From a virus: DNA of 64,000 nucleotides. The position numbers and the translations under genes were made by a program. Where the stretch lies: the IMG/VR virus record IMGVR_UViG_3300029784_000200, one strand, 5' to 3'. Below are positions 48,290-57,484 of the stretch, piece after piece (the stretch's first letter is position 1; the number at the start of each line of letters is the position of its first letter). The notes below the pieces were generated by a model. That model made no database searches and had not been told where the DNA came from. It saw only the letters and a program-made list of their open reading frames with translations.

Positions 48290-49525
48290 ATGAATACCAA
48301 AGGACTTTTTATGGCTGTACATGTCATCCAGAGCTACCCGAGCAACAATTTAAACAGAGGAGAAGACGGATCACCGAAAAGCTGCATTTTCGGCGGCGTC
48401 AGAAGAAGCCGCGTCTCCAGTCAGTGCATCAAGCGTAACGCACGCTTAGCCATGTACGACGTCATTTCTGAAAATGATGAAAACGGCATGGGTATCCGCA
48501 CAAAGACCATGCCGGCCATCATCGCAGCGTTTCTGGAAAAATGGGCCGAGTCAGCGGAAAATGTAACATGGACAGACGATGAGATGGAGAAACAGAAATA
48601 CCATGAAGCGGCAAAAGAATTCGACATCCGTGACGTATCCCATGCCCTGACCGCGGTCGGCATGCAGATTGACGCGAAAAAGAACCATACCTTAAAAAGT
48701 GTTTACTGTACGAACGTGAAGCAGTGTGTGGCATTTGCAAAAACGATGCTGGAGATCGGAAGCAAGCGTGCAGGAGAAGATAAGGACGGTAACTTAAAGT
48801 TAAATCCGTACGATACAAAAACAGAACTTCCGGCCCTGGACGACGCATTGGATTCCTCGATTTCCCTGGACATCATGATGTTCGGAAGAATGCAGGCAGG
48901 AAGACCCATCCATAACGTGGAAGCCTGCATCCAGGTAGGACATGAGTTCTCTACGCATCGCGCGGAAGAAGAATTTGACTACTTCACTGCCGTGGATGAT
49001 GCAAAAGACATGTTAAAGGAGCAGGGCTCCGCGCATCTGGATACCCAGGAGTTCACCTCCGCAACCATGTACCGTTACAGCAGTGTGGATCTTGGCGCCA
49101 TGTACCAGGCCATGAAGAACAACGGTTCCGATATGGGCCTGGCCATGTTAGCAAAGGAGTGGGTACGTGCTTTTGCATTGGCAGCGCCGACCGGAAAACA
49201 GAATTCCTTCGCAGCGACCACCCTGCCGGTCTACGTTTTTGTAGAGTTCCGCAATGACGCACCGGTAAGCTTTGCGAACGCTTTTGAAAAAGCGGTAGAA
49301 GCCGGAACAGACGGATATGAGGGCGCATCCGTAAAAGCGTTCGAGGAACGTGTCAGACGCTCTGATGCAATCGGATGGCTTCATGCACCGGTCGCAAGAT
49401 TTTTAGTTAGCGAACAGGCATCTTCCCTGCAGGACTGCACCCAGCCGAACTTCAATGCTTTGCTGGACCATGTCGAGGAAACCGTAAAAGATGCGGTATC
49501 CGGTATGGAAAAGGAGCGTTCATGA
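48290..49525 (+). CDS. cas7e: Cas7e (Cse4/CasC) Cascade backbone subunit
   Basis: FGGVRRSRVSSQCIKR, FDYFTAVDD...EQGSAHLDTQEFTSATMYRY and ANAFEKAVEAG are collinear with E. coli CasC; RBS AAAGGAGAAAAATTATG. Confidence 0.9.
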   Translation: MNTKGLFMAVHVIQSYPSNNLNRGEDGSPKSCIFGGVRRSRVSSQCIKRNARLAMYDVISENDENGMGIRTKTMPAIIAAFLEKWAESAENVTWTDDEMEKQKYHEAAKEFDIRDVSHALTAVGMQIDAKKNHTLKSVYCTNVKQCVAFAKTMLEIGSKRAGEDKDGNLKLNPYDTKTELPALDDALDSSISLDIMMFGRMQAGRPIHNVEACIQVGHEFSTHRAEEEFDYFTAVDDAKDMLKEQGSAHLDTQEFTSATMYRYSSVDLGAMYQAMKNNGSDMGLAMLAKEWVRAFALAAPTGKQNSFAATTLPVYVFVEFRNDAPVSFANAFEKAVEAGTDGYEGASVKAFEERVRRSDAIGWLHAPVARFLVSEQASSLQDCTQPNFNALLDHVEETVKDAVSGMEKERS

Positions 49526-50262
49526 GTACCCTGTTATTCCGTCTCGCCGCGCCGATGCAGGCGTGGGGGACGGAACCGAGGTTCGACAAATGGCTCCGTA
49601 CGGGCATGGAGCCAAGTAAAAGCGGAGTGATCGGCATGGTTGCTTCCGCCATGGGGATCGACCGGACGGACGATGAAGCACTCCAAAACCTGGTAAAACG
49701 CTTACGGTTCGGCGTCTGCGTGGACCGGGAGGGAACCGTCATTACGGACTATCATGCGACCCGCGTGGTCCCATATCCGGAATGCAGCTACAGGGATCTT
49801 TTTTCCGACAATATCGTGATACGCGGAAAGAAGATCCCGGACACGGCCATTTCCAAATATGACTATAAAAAGTATTACTTATCCGATGCGGCGTTCACCG
49901 TTGGACTGGAGTGCAAGGATGACTCTCTGTTACATACCATCCTGGAAGCACTGCGGCACCCAAAACGAATGCTGTACCTTGGACGGAAATCCTGTCCACT
50001 TATGGAAGAACTGGATGGTGTCATTGTAAAGAAAGCCGTGCTGCCGGCATTAAAGGAACACGCCGAAGCCAAGGCAGATGGACGGTACCATACCTGCAGG
50101 ATCATCTATGACGCGGAAAAGGGAGAACGCGGGACACTGGTAAACGATGAGCCGGTTTCATTCAATGCCCATAAAAAAGTCTGGGCTCCCCGCATGGCAG
50201 CAGAGACCATGGTGGAGATATTCCCACAGTCCGAACAGCACGACCCATTTGCATTTGTATAA
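49522..50262 (+). CDS. cas5e: Cas5e (CasD)
   Basis: MSTLLFRLAAPMQAWGTEPRF and YLGRKSCPL parallel CasD LAGPMQAWGQPTFEG and YLGRRSCPL; ATGA overlap with cas7e. Confidence 0.9.
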   Translation: MSTLLFRLAAPMQAWGTEPRFDKWLRTGMEPSKSGVIGMVASAMGIDRTDDEALQNLVKRLRFGVCVDREGTVITDYHATRVVPYPECSYRDLFSDNIVIRGKKIPDTAISKYDYKKYYLSDAAFTVGLECKDDSLLHTILEALRHPKRMLYLGRKSCPLMEELDGVIVKKAVLPALKEHAEAKADGRYHTCRIIYDAEKGERGTLVNDEPVSFNAHKKVWAPRMAAETMVEIFPQSEQHDPFAFV

Positions 50263-50265
50263 GGA

Positions 50266-50290
50266 GCCCCGTAGATACGGGGAGAAAGAA
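50266..50290 (+). other. solo CRISPR-repeat-like hairpin between cas5e and cas6e (GCCCCGTAGATACGGGGAGAAAG)
   Basis: Same CCCCG...CGGGG stem as the array repeats, with 6-nt loop and A-rich 3' side. Confidence 0.45.
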
Positions 50291-50297
50291 GGAACGT

Positions 50298-50936
50298 ATG
50301 TATTACTTAACCAGGATCGAACTGGATCCGTATAAAAAACTAACACAGCTGGCTTTAAAAAACGCCAACATGATCCATGGAACCATTGAAAAGGTCTTTG
50401 GAAACGAAGCGGAACGGAAGCTCTGGCGTATCGACAGCCTGCGTGGCAGACGGTATCTGATGATCGTCAGCCGGACGCTGCCGGATTTTACACCGTTACT
50501 TGCACAGTTTGCGCCGGACGGCGCCAAGAGCCAGTCAAAATCTTATGACGCCTTTCTGGAAAGCATCAAAGACGGAAGCCAGTGGAACTTTAAGCTTTGC
50601 GGGGTACCGCTCGTGTGCAGGAAGACAGAAAGCAGCCCGAACGGGAAGCGGTTCCCGCTCTTGAAGCCGGAGGAACAGATGGAGTGGCTTATAAAGAAGG
50701 GAAATCTCCACGGATTCACGGTAAATCCGGAACACATCCGGATCACGGATACCGGCCCGTCCAAGCTTTCAAAAGGCGCAGGAGAAGACCATTACGAATT
50801 CCGAATCCGGAAAGTAATATTTGACGGTATCCTGACCGTGACGGACCCGGAAAAATTCCGGGATGCCATGGTAAACGGAATCGGCAAGGAGCGGGCATTC
50901 GGAGGTGGTATGATCACGGTGGTACCGCGCCCGTAG
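50298..50936 (+). CDS. cas6e: Cas6e (CasE) pre-crRNA endoribonuclease
   Basis: MYYLTRIELDPYKK...HGTIEKVFG and C-terminal GIGKERAFGGGMITVVP parallel CasE (…GIGPAKSMGCGLLSLAPL). Confidence 0.85.
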   Translation: MYYLTRIELDPYKKLTQLALKNANMIHGTIEKVFGNEAERKLWRIDSLRGRRYLMIVSRTLPDFTPLLAQFAPDGAKSQSKSYDAFLESIKDGSQWNFKLCGVPLVCRKTESSPNGKRFPLLKPEEQMEWLIKKGNLHGFTVNPEHIRITDTGPSKLSKGAGEDHYEFRIRKVIFDGILTVTDPEKFRDAMVNGIGKERAFGGGMITVVPRP

Positions 50937-51031
50937 CAGCAGCGGGGCGTTGATATCAAAGGTGCGGCCGGTATTCCAACAGGCCGCACGCGTAACCGAA
51001 AATAAGGAAAATACACAAAAAAAGAGGGATC

Positions 51032-52384
51032 ATGAGAAAGTTCAGCAAAAAACAGTTTGCCGTGCTGGCCATAGCCGGCGCATGTGCGGTCATCGCAGCC
51101 GCAGGCGGTATATTCTGCCATCAGGTGAAGACGAAAGCCGACGAAGCACTGGCTATGGCGCAGACAGTCGACAAAACCGAAGTCAAAGAGATGAAAAATG
51201 ACAATATCACAGAAAAGACATCGGTACAATTAAGGGATCACTGGACGGTGGCCGCCTTTGGCCTGGATTCCAGGGATCCTGAAAACTTAAAAAGCGGAAA
51301 CTCAGACGTAATCATCCTGATGGATATGGATGGGAAGACCGGATCAGTCAAACTGGTCAGCGTGTACCGGGATACCTGCATGGACATCGGGAAAGGAACT
51401 TTAAGGAAAGCTAATGCCGCATATGCGAACGGCGGCCCGAAGCAGGCAGTCCGGATGTTAAACGAGAACCTGGATATGGAGATCGATGATTACATTGCGG
51501 CCACCTGGAAGAGTGTGGCAGACGCGGTCAATATCTTGGGCGGTGTGGACCTGGAAGTCACAAAAAACGAATTCCGCTACATCAATGCTTTCATCACCGA
51601 GACGGTAAAATCCACCGGGATCGGTTCCCACCAGCTAAAAACCACCGGGATGCAGCATCTTGACGGGGTGCAGGCCGTTGCATACTGCAGGCTGAGGCTT
51701 ATGGACAGTGACTTTAAGCGCACCGAGCGGCAGCAGAAGGTCTTAAGACTGGTACTGGAGAAGGCCAAGAAAGCGGATATGGCAACTCTGAATAACCTGA
51801 TGGTCACGATTTTACCGCAGACAGCCACCTCCATCGAGACAGATGATCTGTTTGCCGTCATGAAAAACATCCTGAAACTGCATATTACGGAAACACATGG
51901 GTTCCCGTCCGAATATGTATGCGAAAAATCCGGAGGCGCGGATTATGTTTTTCCGGACGATCTGGAAAGAAACGTAAAAGAACTGCACGAATTCTTATAT
52001 AATACGGAAGATTATAATCCGTCCGGATATGTCTTGCGGACATCGGAAGCCATCGAGGAAAAGAAAAACAGAGGCAAGAAAAAAGAGACAAGGCAGGAAG
52101 AAGAGAAGCAGGCAGAACAAGCGCAGGATCAATCGGAAACCACGCAGACAGAAACGGAAAACGGAATTCCGGAAATGGAAACAGAGTCGGAAACGGAGCC
52201 TTTTTTAGAGACGATTCCGGAAACGGAGCAGAAGGGATCAAATGGATACGGACCTGGCTTTGAGACGGTACCGGAAATGGATGAAGTCATAATGGAATCG
52301 CAAGCGGAAATGCAATTACAACCGGAGCCGGAACCCCAAACGAAAGTTCCGGCAAAACCGCAGGTGATAGGCCCGGGTGCTTAA
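51032..52384 (+). CDS. LytR-CpsA-Psr (LCP) family protein with N-terminal TM anchor and E/Q/T-rich C-terminal tail
   Basis: DVIILMDMDGKTGSVKLVSVYRDT...ANAAYANGGPKQAVRMLNENLDMEIDDYIAATW, typical of LCP domains. Confidence 0.7.
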   Translation: MRKFSKKQFAVLAIAGACAVIAAAGGIFCHQVKTKADEALAMAQTVDKTEVKEMKNDNITEKTSVQLRDHWTVAAFGLDSRDPENLKSGNSDVIILMDMDGKTGSVKLVSVYRDTCMDIGKGTLRKANAAYANGGPKQAVRMLNENLDMEIDDYIAATWKSVADAVNILGGVDLEVTKNEFRYINAFITETVKSTGIGSHQLKTTGMQHLDGVQAVAYCRLRLMDSDFKRTERQQKVLRLVLEKAKKADMATLNNLMVTILPQTATSIETDDLFAVMKNILKLHITETHGFPSEYVCEKSGGADYVFPDDLERNVKELHEFLYNTEDYNPSGYVLRTSEAIEEKKNRGKKKETRQEEEKQAEQAQDQSETTQTETENGIPEMETESETEPFLETIPETEQKGSNGYGPGFETVPEMDEVIMESQAEMQLQPEPEPQTKVPAKPQVIGPGA

Positions 52385-52437
52385 CCAAGCCATTGCTTAC
52401 AAAAAATTGCAAAAACACAAAAAACGCGGAAAATGAC

Positions 52438-52487
52438 CAAAAAGTGTTATCCGCAAAAATACGCTTTATAAAGATGCGACATACTGA
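52438..52487 (+). promoter_or_regulatory. element promoter box - N20 - CATACTGA (copy 13), upstream of hup/iscB
   Basis: Box at 52438-52460; CATACTGA at 52480-52487. Confidence 0.55.
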
Positions 52488-52581
52488 AGGTGTTAGGCTG
52501 TTGGGGAGCCATCTCCCCTTCTTCCGGGCCGGCAACAGACCAGCCCGGGAAATATAAAACCCATAAAGGAGAAAAACAAAC

Positions 52582-52866
52582 ATGAACAGACAGGAGTTAG
52601 TAAACGCAATCGCAGCAAACAGTGGGATCAGCAAAAAAGACATCGACGAAGTTTTAAAAAACTTTGTGACCGTTGTCATGGATGACGTAGCCGCAGGAAA
52701 CAAAGTGCAGCTGATCGGTTTTGGTACCTTTGAAAGCACAACCAGAGCTGCACGCGAGATGCGTAACCCGAGAACCGGTGAAGTGAGCATGTATCCGGAG
52801 TCCCGTAACGCCAAATTCAAACCGTCCAAAGTATTCAAGGACAAGGTCAATAACTCACGACTGTAG
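52582..52866 (+). CDS. hup: HU/IHF-family DNA-binding protein
   Basis: MNRQELVNAIAANSGISKKDIDEVL...RNPRTGE...SKVFKD, canonical HU fold sequence. Confidence 0.85.
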   Translation: MNRQELVNAIAANSGISKKDIDEVLKNFVTVVMDDVAAGNKVQLIGFGTFESTTRAAREMRNPRTGEVSMYPESRNAKFKPSKVFKDKVNNSRL

Positions 52867-52899
52867 TCGCAAGCTTGAAGCGATTATGTTTTCATTACC

Positions 52900-53206
52900 G
52901 TTTCAAGTTTTGTGATGGAGGGACCGGCGAGAGCCGTGATTGATTAGCCGGCACAGTCCCGCCACCGGCTGGGCCGTGTTAGGCGTTATGCAGGAAATTA
53001 GGCACTCCGGGGTGCTCCACAAGCCCCGGACCCTGCGGCATCCGGTTAAACATCCCTGAGAGTACGGGGAAGTGCCGGATGTGTTCAAACCCTGCAGAAC
53101 ATCGGCGATGTGGACCACCGTCCTTCGGGGCGAGAAGCCGTACGGGCGAAGCTCTGCTTTGCCGGTACGGGAATGCGTAAGCATAGCAAAGAAAAGGAGG
53201 CACCAT
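52900..53206 (+). ncRNA. candidate omegaRNA scaffold of IscB (GC-rich structured region immediately 5' of iscB; includes IS-end-like segment 52913-52982)
   Basis: About 300 nt, noncoding, GC-rich with multiple hairpins (e.g. GGCACTCCGGGGTGCTCC and CCGTCCTTCGGGGCG). IscB omegaRNAs are encoded upstream of and overlapping the iscB 5' end. The ORF track start at 53072 has no RBS, whereas 53207 has AAGGAGG. Confidence 0.4.
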
Positions 53207-54553
53207 ATGGTAGCCGTATTAAGTAAGACCGGCATCCGTCTGATGCCGACATCCAGTTACCGGGCAAGGAAACTCCTTGCCAAAAAGAAAGCAGTCATCT
53301 GCGGGTACCGCCCGTTTACCATCCGTCTCACAGAACGTGAGACCGGGGACGTACAGCCGGTGGAACTTGCAGTTGATACAGGATACTTCCATGTGGGGAA
53401 CAGCTTAAAAACAGCGAAGCACGAATTAGCTGCCGTTGAGATCCGTGCCCTAATGGACGAGAAGCGAAGATATGACGACCGGCGCCAGTACCGCAGGATG
53501 CGGCGCTCAAGGCTCCGCTACCGTGCCCCGCGGTTTGATAACCGCAGGCGGCCGGAGGGATGGCTCGCGCCGTCCATCCAGGGACGCATGGAACAGAACC
53601 TGGCATTTTTAAGACGGATCCTATCCGTCGTGCCGGTCACCCGTATCGTTATGGAGATGGGACAGTTTGATACCCAGGTATTAAAAGCCGTGGAGGAGGG
53701 AAGGCCCCTTCCGGAAGGAACGGATTACCAGCAGGGAGAGCGTTACGGGATTGCCACCTTACGGGAGGCAGTCTTTACCCGTGACAATTACACCTGCCAG
53801 TGCTGCCAAAAGACGGTCTGTGATGGCGCGATCCTTCATGTCCACCACATCGTATACCGGAGCCAGGGAGGGACCGACCGGATGGGGAACCTGATCACGG
53901 TCTGTGAGAAATGCCATACCCCGAAGAACCATAAACCGGGAGGAAAGCTGTACAAATGGAAACCGACGGTCAAAAGCTTCAAGGGGGCAACGTTCATGAC
54001 TGCCGTCCGGTGGATCGTGTACCGGTCCGTGAAGAAGTCTTTCCCGGATGTGGATGTAAGAATCACATACGGGGCAAAAACAAAGCTGCAGCGACGAGCA
54101 ATGGATATCACCAAGAGTCATGTCAATGACGCTTATGTCATGGGAGACTTCCATCCGAAGCACCGGGCCCGTCCGGTCATCCTGCAGAAGAAACGGCGGA
54201 ATAATCGGATCCTGGAAAAGTTCTATGATGCAAAATACATAGACACCCGGGATGGAAGTAAAAAGACCGGACAGCAGCTCTTTAACGGACGTACGAACCG
54301 GAACCATAACACGGATACGGAAAACCTGCGGCTATACCGTGGGATGAAATTATCAAAAGGCAGACGGGCAATCCGTACCACAAGGTACAGGATTCAGCCT
54401 CATGATATCCTTGTATATCAGGGACAGGAAATGGAAGCGTCCGGCTGCCATAACAAAGGAACCAGAGTCATGACGACTGCAAAGAAATCCCTTCCAATTG
54501 GAAAAGTCCGCGTCAGACGGTATTCCGGAGGGTATTATGCGGTCGCAGAATAA
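53207..54553 (+). CDS. iscB: IscB (OMEGA RNA-guided nuclease; PLMP - RuvC-I - Arg-rich bridge helix - HNH - RuvC-III), 448 aa
   Basis: N-terminal GIRLMPT (PLMP motif); LAVDTGYFHVG (RuvC-I-like); RRQYRRMRRSRLRYRAPRFDNRRR (bridge helix); HNH CQCCQK...HVHHIVYRSQGGTD...NLITVCEKCH; size typical of IscB. Confidence 0.75.
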   Translation: MVAVLSKTGIRLMPTSSYRARKLLAKKKAVICGYRPFTIRLTERETGDVQPVELAVDTGYFHVGNSLKTAKHELAAVEIRALMDEKRRYDDRRQYRRMRRSRLRYRAPRFDNRRRPEGWLAPSIQGRMEQNLAFLRRILSVVPVTRIVMEMGQFDTQVLKAVEEGRPLPEGTDYQQGERYGIATLREAVFTRDNYTCQCCQKTVCDGAILHVHHIVYRSQGGTDRMGNLITVCEKCHTPKNHKPGGKLYKWKPTVKSFKGATFMTAVRWIVYRSVKKSFPDVDVRITYGAKTKLQRRAMDITKSHVNDAYVMGDFHPKHRARPVILQKKRRNNRILEKFYDAKYIDTRDGSKKTGQQLFNGRTNRNHNTDTENLRLYRGMKLSKGRRAIRTTRYRIQPHDILVYQGQEMEASGCHNKGTRVMTTAKKSLPIGKVRVRRYSGGYYAVAE

Positions 54554-54619
54554 GAAGAAAGGAGAAGCGGGGATCGGAACCACCGGAAGAAAGAGGAATA
54601 TACTCATTAACACTCTCTG

Positions 54620-54665
54620 TATTCCGGTGCGATTTCTCTCACGACTAAAGTCGCGAGTATCCTCG
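54620..54665 (+). other. nested stem-loop 3' of iscB (GGTGCGATTTCTCTCACGACTAAAGTCGCGAGTATCCTCGCACC)
   Basis: Long-range GGTGCGA/TCGCACC stem enclosing an inner CTCACGAC/GTCGCGAG hairpin; possible IS end or terminator. Confidence 0.4.
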
Positions 54666-54859
54666 CACCGAATCATGAAGGCGTAATCCGAAGAATCGGA
54701 CGCAGCTAAAATTTGCACAAATGCAAAATGTACAAAATTAGACGATCCAGGGTTAATCTCGGGATTGCCTGATTCGAAACCAGCCCACAAAAGCAAACGT
54801 GTACCGGAAGTCCTGACACGCGTTTGCAGTGTCAGGATCCGGTGCGGAAAGGAATTGTT

Positions 54860-56443
54860 ATGTTAGCAAAAATCATTCTTATCCCGATCCTTCTCGTGGT
54901 GTTCTTCGCATTTTCCTTCTTATGCTACAAGAAGGCACCTCCGACCATGGCAATCATTGTCACCGGCTTCGGACTTTCCAAGCCAAAGGTCGTAATCGGC
55001 CGCGGCGTATTCGTGATTCCGATCATCCAGCGCGCGGACCGGCTGAACATGCGGCTGTTAAAGGTCGATGTTAAGACTCCGGACAATGGTGTTAAAAACC
55101 AGGAAGGTGTATCCCTTTGGTTGGATTCTGTCGTAACCGTTCAGGTCTTTTCCGAGAACTCCACGGTCAGCGAGACAGAGATTGCGGATGCAAAATGCCA
55201 GAATTTCAAGGATTACATCTGGCACCGTCAGCAGGCTGCAATCAGTAATTTCCTTGGTATGTCCGAGGAAGATATTGCCGTAAAGATCAACGATGTCTTA
55301 CAGGGAAACCTGCGTGAGATCGTATCGGAAATGACAATTGCGGACATCTTAACAAACCGGAAACAGATGGCGTTAAGCGTTCTGGAAAACGCGAGACCAG
55401 ACCTTGCTAAAATGGGTCTTGAGATCGTAACATTCAACGTCCAGGACATCAAAGACGCCAGAGACCAGCAGGGCCACGACCATGGCGTCATCGAAGCAAT
55501 CGGTGTCCAGCAGGAAGAGATCGTAAAACGACAGGCGGAAATCGCAAGAGCAGAAGCCGCAAGGGATATCGCAATCGCAAAAGCGGATGCAGACCGAATC
55601 GCTAACGAAAAACAGGTAGAAGCCCAGACAGCAATCGCCCGCAGGAATAATGAATACATCCTGGAAAAGGCAAGACTGAAAGCAGAAGCAGATAAGGCAC
55701 AGGCGGATGCAAATGCAGCCGGACAGATCCAGGATAACCTCCGTGCCAAAGAGATCCGTGAAGCAGAAGTCGAAGCGGAGATCGCAAAACAGACGAAGAT
55801 GGTTGAACTGGCAGCCCAGGAGGCAGAAGTGCAGCAGCGCAAGCTGGATGCAGAAGTGCGTAAGCAGGCGGATGCGGAACTGTATAAGAGAAAACAGGAA
55901 GCAGAAGCGAAAAAGTATGAAGCGGAAAAAGCTGCTGAGGCGGAGAAATTCAAGAGACAGCAGGAAGCAGAAGGTATCAAAATGGTCGGTGAAGCGGAAG
56001 CGGAAGCGATCCGTCAGAAGGGTCTTGCGGAAGCGGAAGCCATGAAAGAAAAGGCGGAAGCATATAAGCTTTATAACAGCGCGGCTATGGCGGAAATGCT
56101 CATTAAGGTACTCCCGGATGTGGCAAAGAACGTGGCTCAGCCATTATCCTCCATCGGAAAGGTATCCATTTTTGGCGGAGATGCCTCCGGCGTGACCGGT
56201 ATTACCGGTAACGTTCCGGTTATCATGGCCCAAACCTTCCAGACCATCAAGGAAGCAACCGGAATCGACATGAGTGAGATCGTCCGCGCGGACAGCCTGA
56301 CTGCGAAGACAGACAGAAACATCAAGATCGAAGGCCTTCCGACAGGAAAGGCTCCGAAGCAGAAGCCTGAGGCACCGGTACAGCCAAAGGCAGAAGAAGC
56401 GCCGACACAGTCCAAGAGACCGGAAATGTTCGAAAAGCAGTAA
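54860..56443 (+). CDS. SPFH/band-7 (flotillin/YqiK-like) membrane protein with long EA-rich coiled coil
   Basis: ATG at 54860 after AAAGGAATTGTT; N-terminal TM ILIPILLVVFFAFSFL; the SPFH core is followed by AEA/KAE repeats. Confidence 0.7.
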   Translation: MLAKIILIPILLVVFFAFSFLCYKKAPPTMAIIVTGFGLSKPKVVIGRGVFVIPIIQRADRLNMRLLKVDVKTPDNGVKNQEGVSLWLDSVVTVQVFSENSTVSETEIADAKCQNFKDYIWHRQQAAISNFLGMSEEDIAVKINDVLQGNLREIVSEMTIADILTNRKQMALSVLENARPDLAKMGLEIVTFNVQDIKDARDQQGHDHGVIEAIGVQQEEIVKRQAEIARAEAARDIAIAKADADRIANEKQVEAQTAIARRNNEYILEKARLKAEADKAQADANAAGQIQDNLRAKEIREAEVEAEIAKQTKMVELAAQEAEVQQRKLDAEVRKQADAELYKRKQEAEAKKYEAEKAAEAEKFKRQQEAEGIKMVGEAEAEAIRQKGLAEAEAMKEKAEAYKLYNSAAMAEMLIKVLPDVAKNVAQPLSSIGKVSIFGGDASGVTGITGNVPVIMAQTFQTIKEATGIDMSEIVRADSLTAKTDRNIKIEGLPTGKAPKQKPEAPVQPKAEEAPTQSKRPEMFEKQ

Positions 56444-56478
56444 CTAAGAAACAAAAATCCTAATTGCAAACCATCACA

Positions 56479-56509
56479 AAAATCCCGGATGAATCCATCC
56501 GGGATTTTT
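56479..56509 (+). terminator. Rho-independent terminator
   Basis: AAAATCCCGGATGAATCCATCCGGGATTTTT. Confidence 0.65.
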
Positions 56510-56702
56510 GTATGCAGACCCCGCAAAAGCGAGGAGGAAAAGAATGGATGATAACGTCAATCCATTCCCGTGGATAAAAGAAAATATAGTCAGCAGCTCC
56601 GCCGGAGGTTCATCCCTGCACAGGCAGGGCGTATGTGTCGTATCACAGGAGACTACTGCCAAAATCTACCCATGCGCGAACGGACATTGCGACAGGTGCG
56701 GA

Positions 56703-57392
56703 TCATCCGCAGTCAGAAGATACCAGTATTTTTCCGTGCTTCTGCAGTTCCTCTACACGTCCAAGCGGGAGCATTTTTTTGACGGAGATCTCATAAGCTA
56801 CCCGCACGTCGTACCGTCCGTCCGCCTGAGCTTTTACATACTGCCGGCTCTGGGCCCGTCCGGTCAGCTCTACGCAATCACCAGGCTTTAGACCCGCATA
56901 CCGTTCTGCGTCTTCCTGCCAGCAGATACAGGGAATGTAGTCGGAGTGGTAGTCATCCGGAGCACTCCGGTTCACTGCCAGTAAAAAATCCGTGATCTTA
57001 CGGCCAGACGGAGTCCGCCGGAATGCGGAGGGGCGGCAGACCGTCCCGACCAGATGAATATAATTGGTATCCGGCCCGAAAACATCCACGTGGCCGGGAT
57101 ATTCGTCACAGAACTTCATGGATGTGGCGAATACAAACAGCTCCAGCCGGCGCTTCAGACCGTCAAAGCGGTTTCTGGAACGAAATTCACCAACAAAAGA
57201 AACTTCACGACCGGTGCAGTCGCGCGTTTCTCCGTCCAGTACCGAGGCGGGGACTACTACCTGTAGGGTATCAAAAATACCGGAATTGCGCATGACGGAT
57301 ACATAAGTCACATAGCATGTACCGCCATCTTCACGCTCTTCCAGATAAAACGGATCGCGGATGACGCCGCGTAATCGAACTGTGTTAGTCAT
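56703..57392 (-). CDS. tandem OB-fold single-stranded-DNA-binding (SSB)-like protein, 230 aa
   Basis: Start MTNTVRLRGV at 57392 after AGAAAAGAGGAAAATT; GRKITDFLLAVNR...DYIPCICWQEDAERYAGLKPGDCVELTGR matches the SSB OB-fold pattern. No acidic tail. Confidence 0.6.
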   Translation of the reverse strand: MTNTVRLRGVIRDPFYLEEREDGGTCYVTYVSVMRNSGIFDTLQVVVPASVLDGETRDCTGREVSFVGEFRSRNRFDGLKRRLELFVFATSMKFCDEYPGHVDVFGPDTNYIHLVGTVCRPSAFRRTPSGRKITDFLLAVNRSAPDDYHSDYIPCICWQEDAERYAGLKPGDCVELTGRAQSRQYVKAQADGRYDVRVAYEISVKKMLPLGRVEELQKHGKILVSSDCG

Positions 57393-57484
57393 AATTTTCC
57401 TCTTTTCTTTCGTGATTAGATTATTTGTAGTTACAAATGACCGGTTACAGTCATTTTTAGCGGGATATAACCGCGCCCTTAACC

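Noticed and set aside
55228-55980. 250-aa antisense ORF inside the flotillin-like gene
   Set aside because: It is a low-complexity S/A/C-rich translation of the antisense of the EA-rich coiled-coil repeats, with no RBS.
56508-56891. Plus-strand ORF (127 aa) with a decent RBS at 56531-56537
   Set aside because: Its 3' 190 nt overlap the C-terminal OB-fold of the well-supported SSB-like gene on the opposite strand. Kept out of the feature list, but a short 5' product cannot be excluded.
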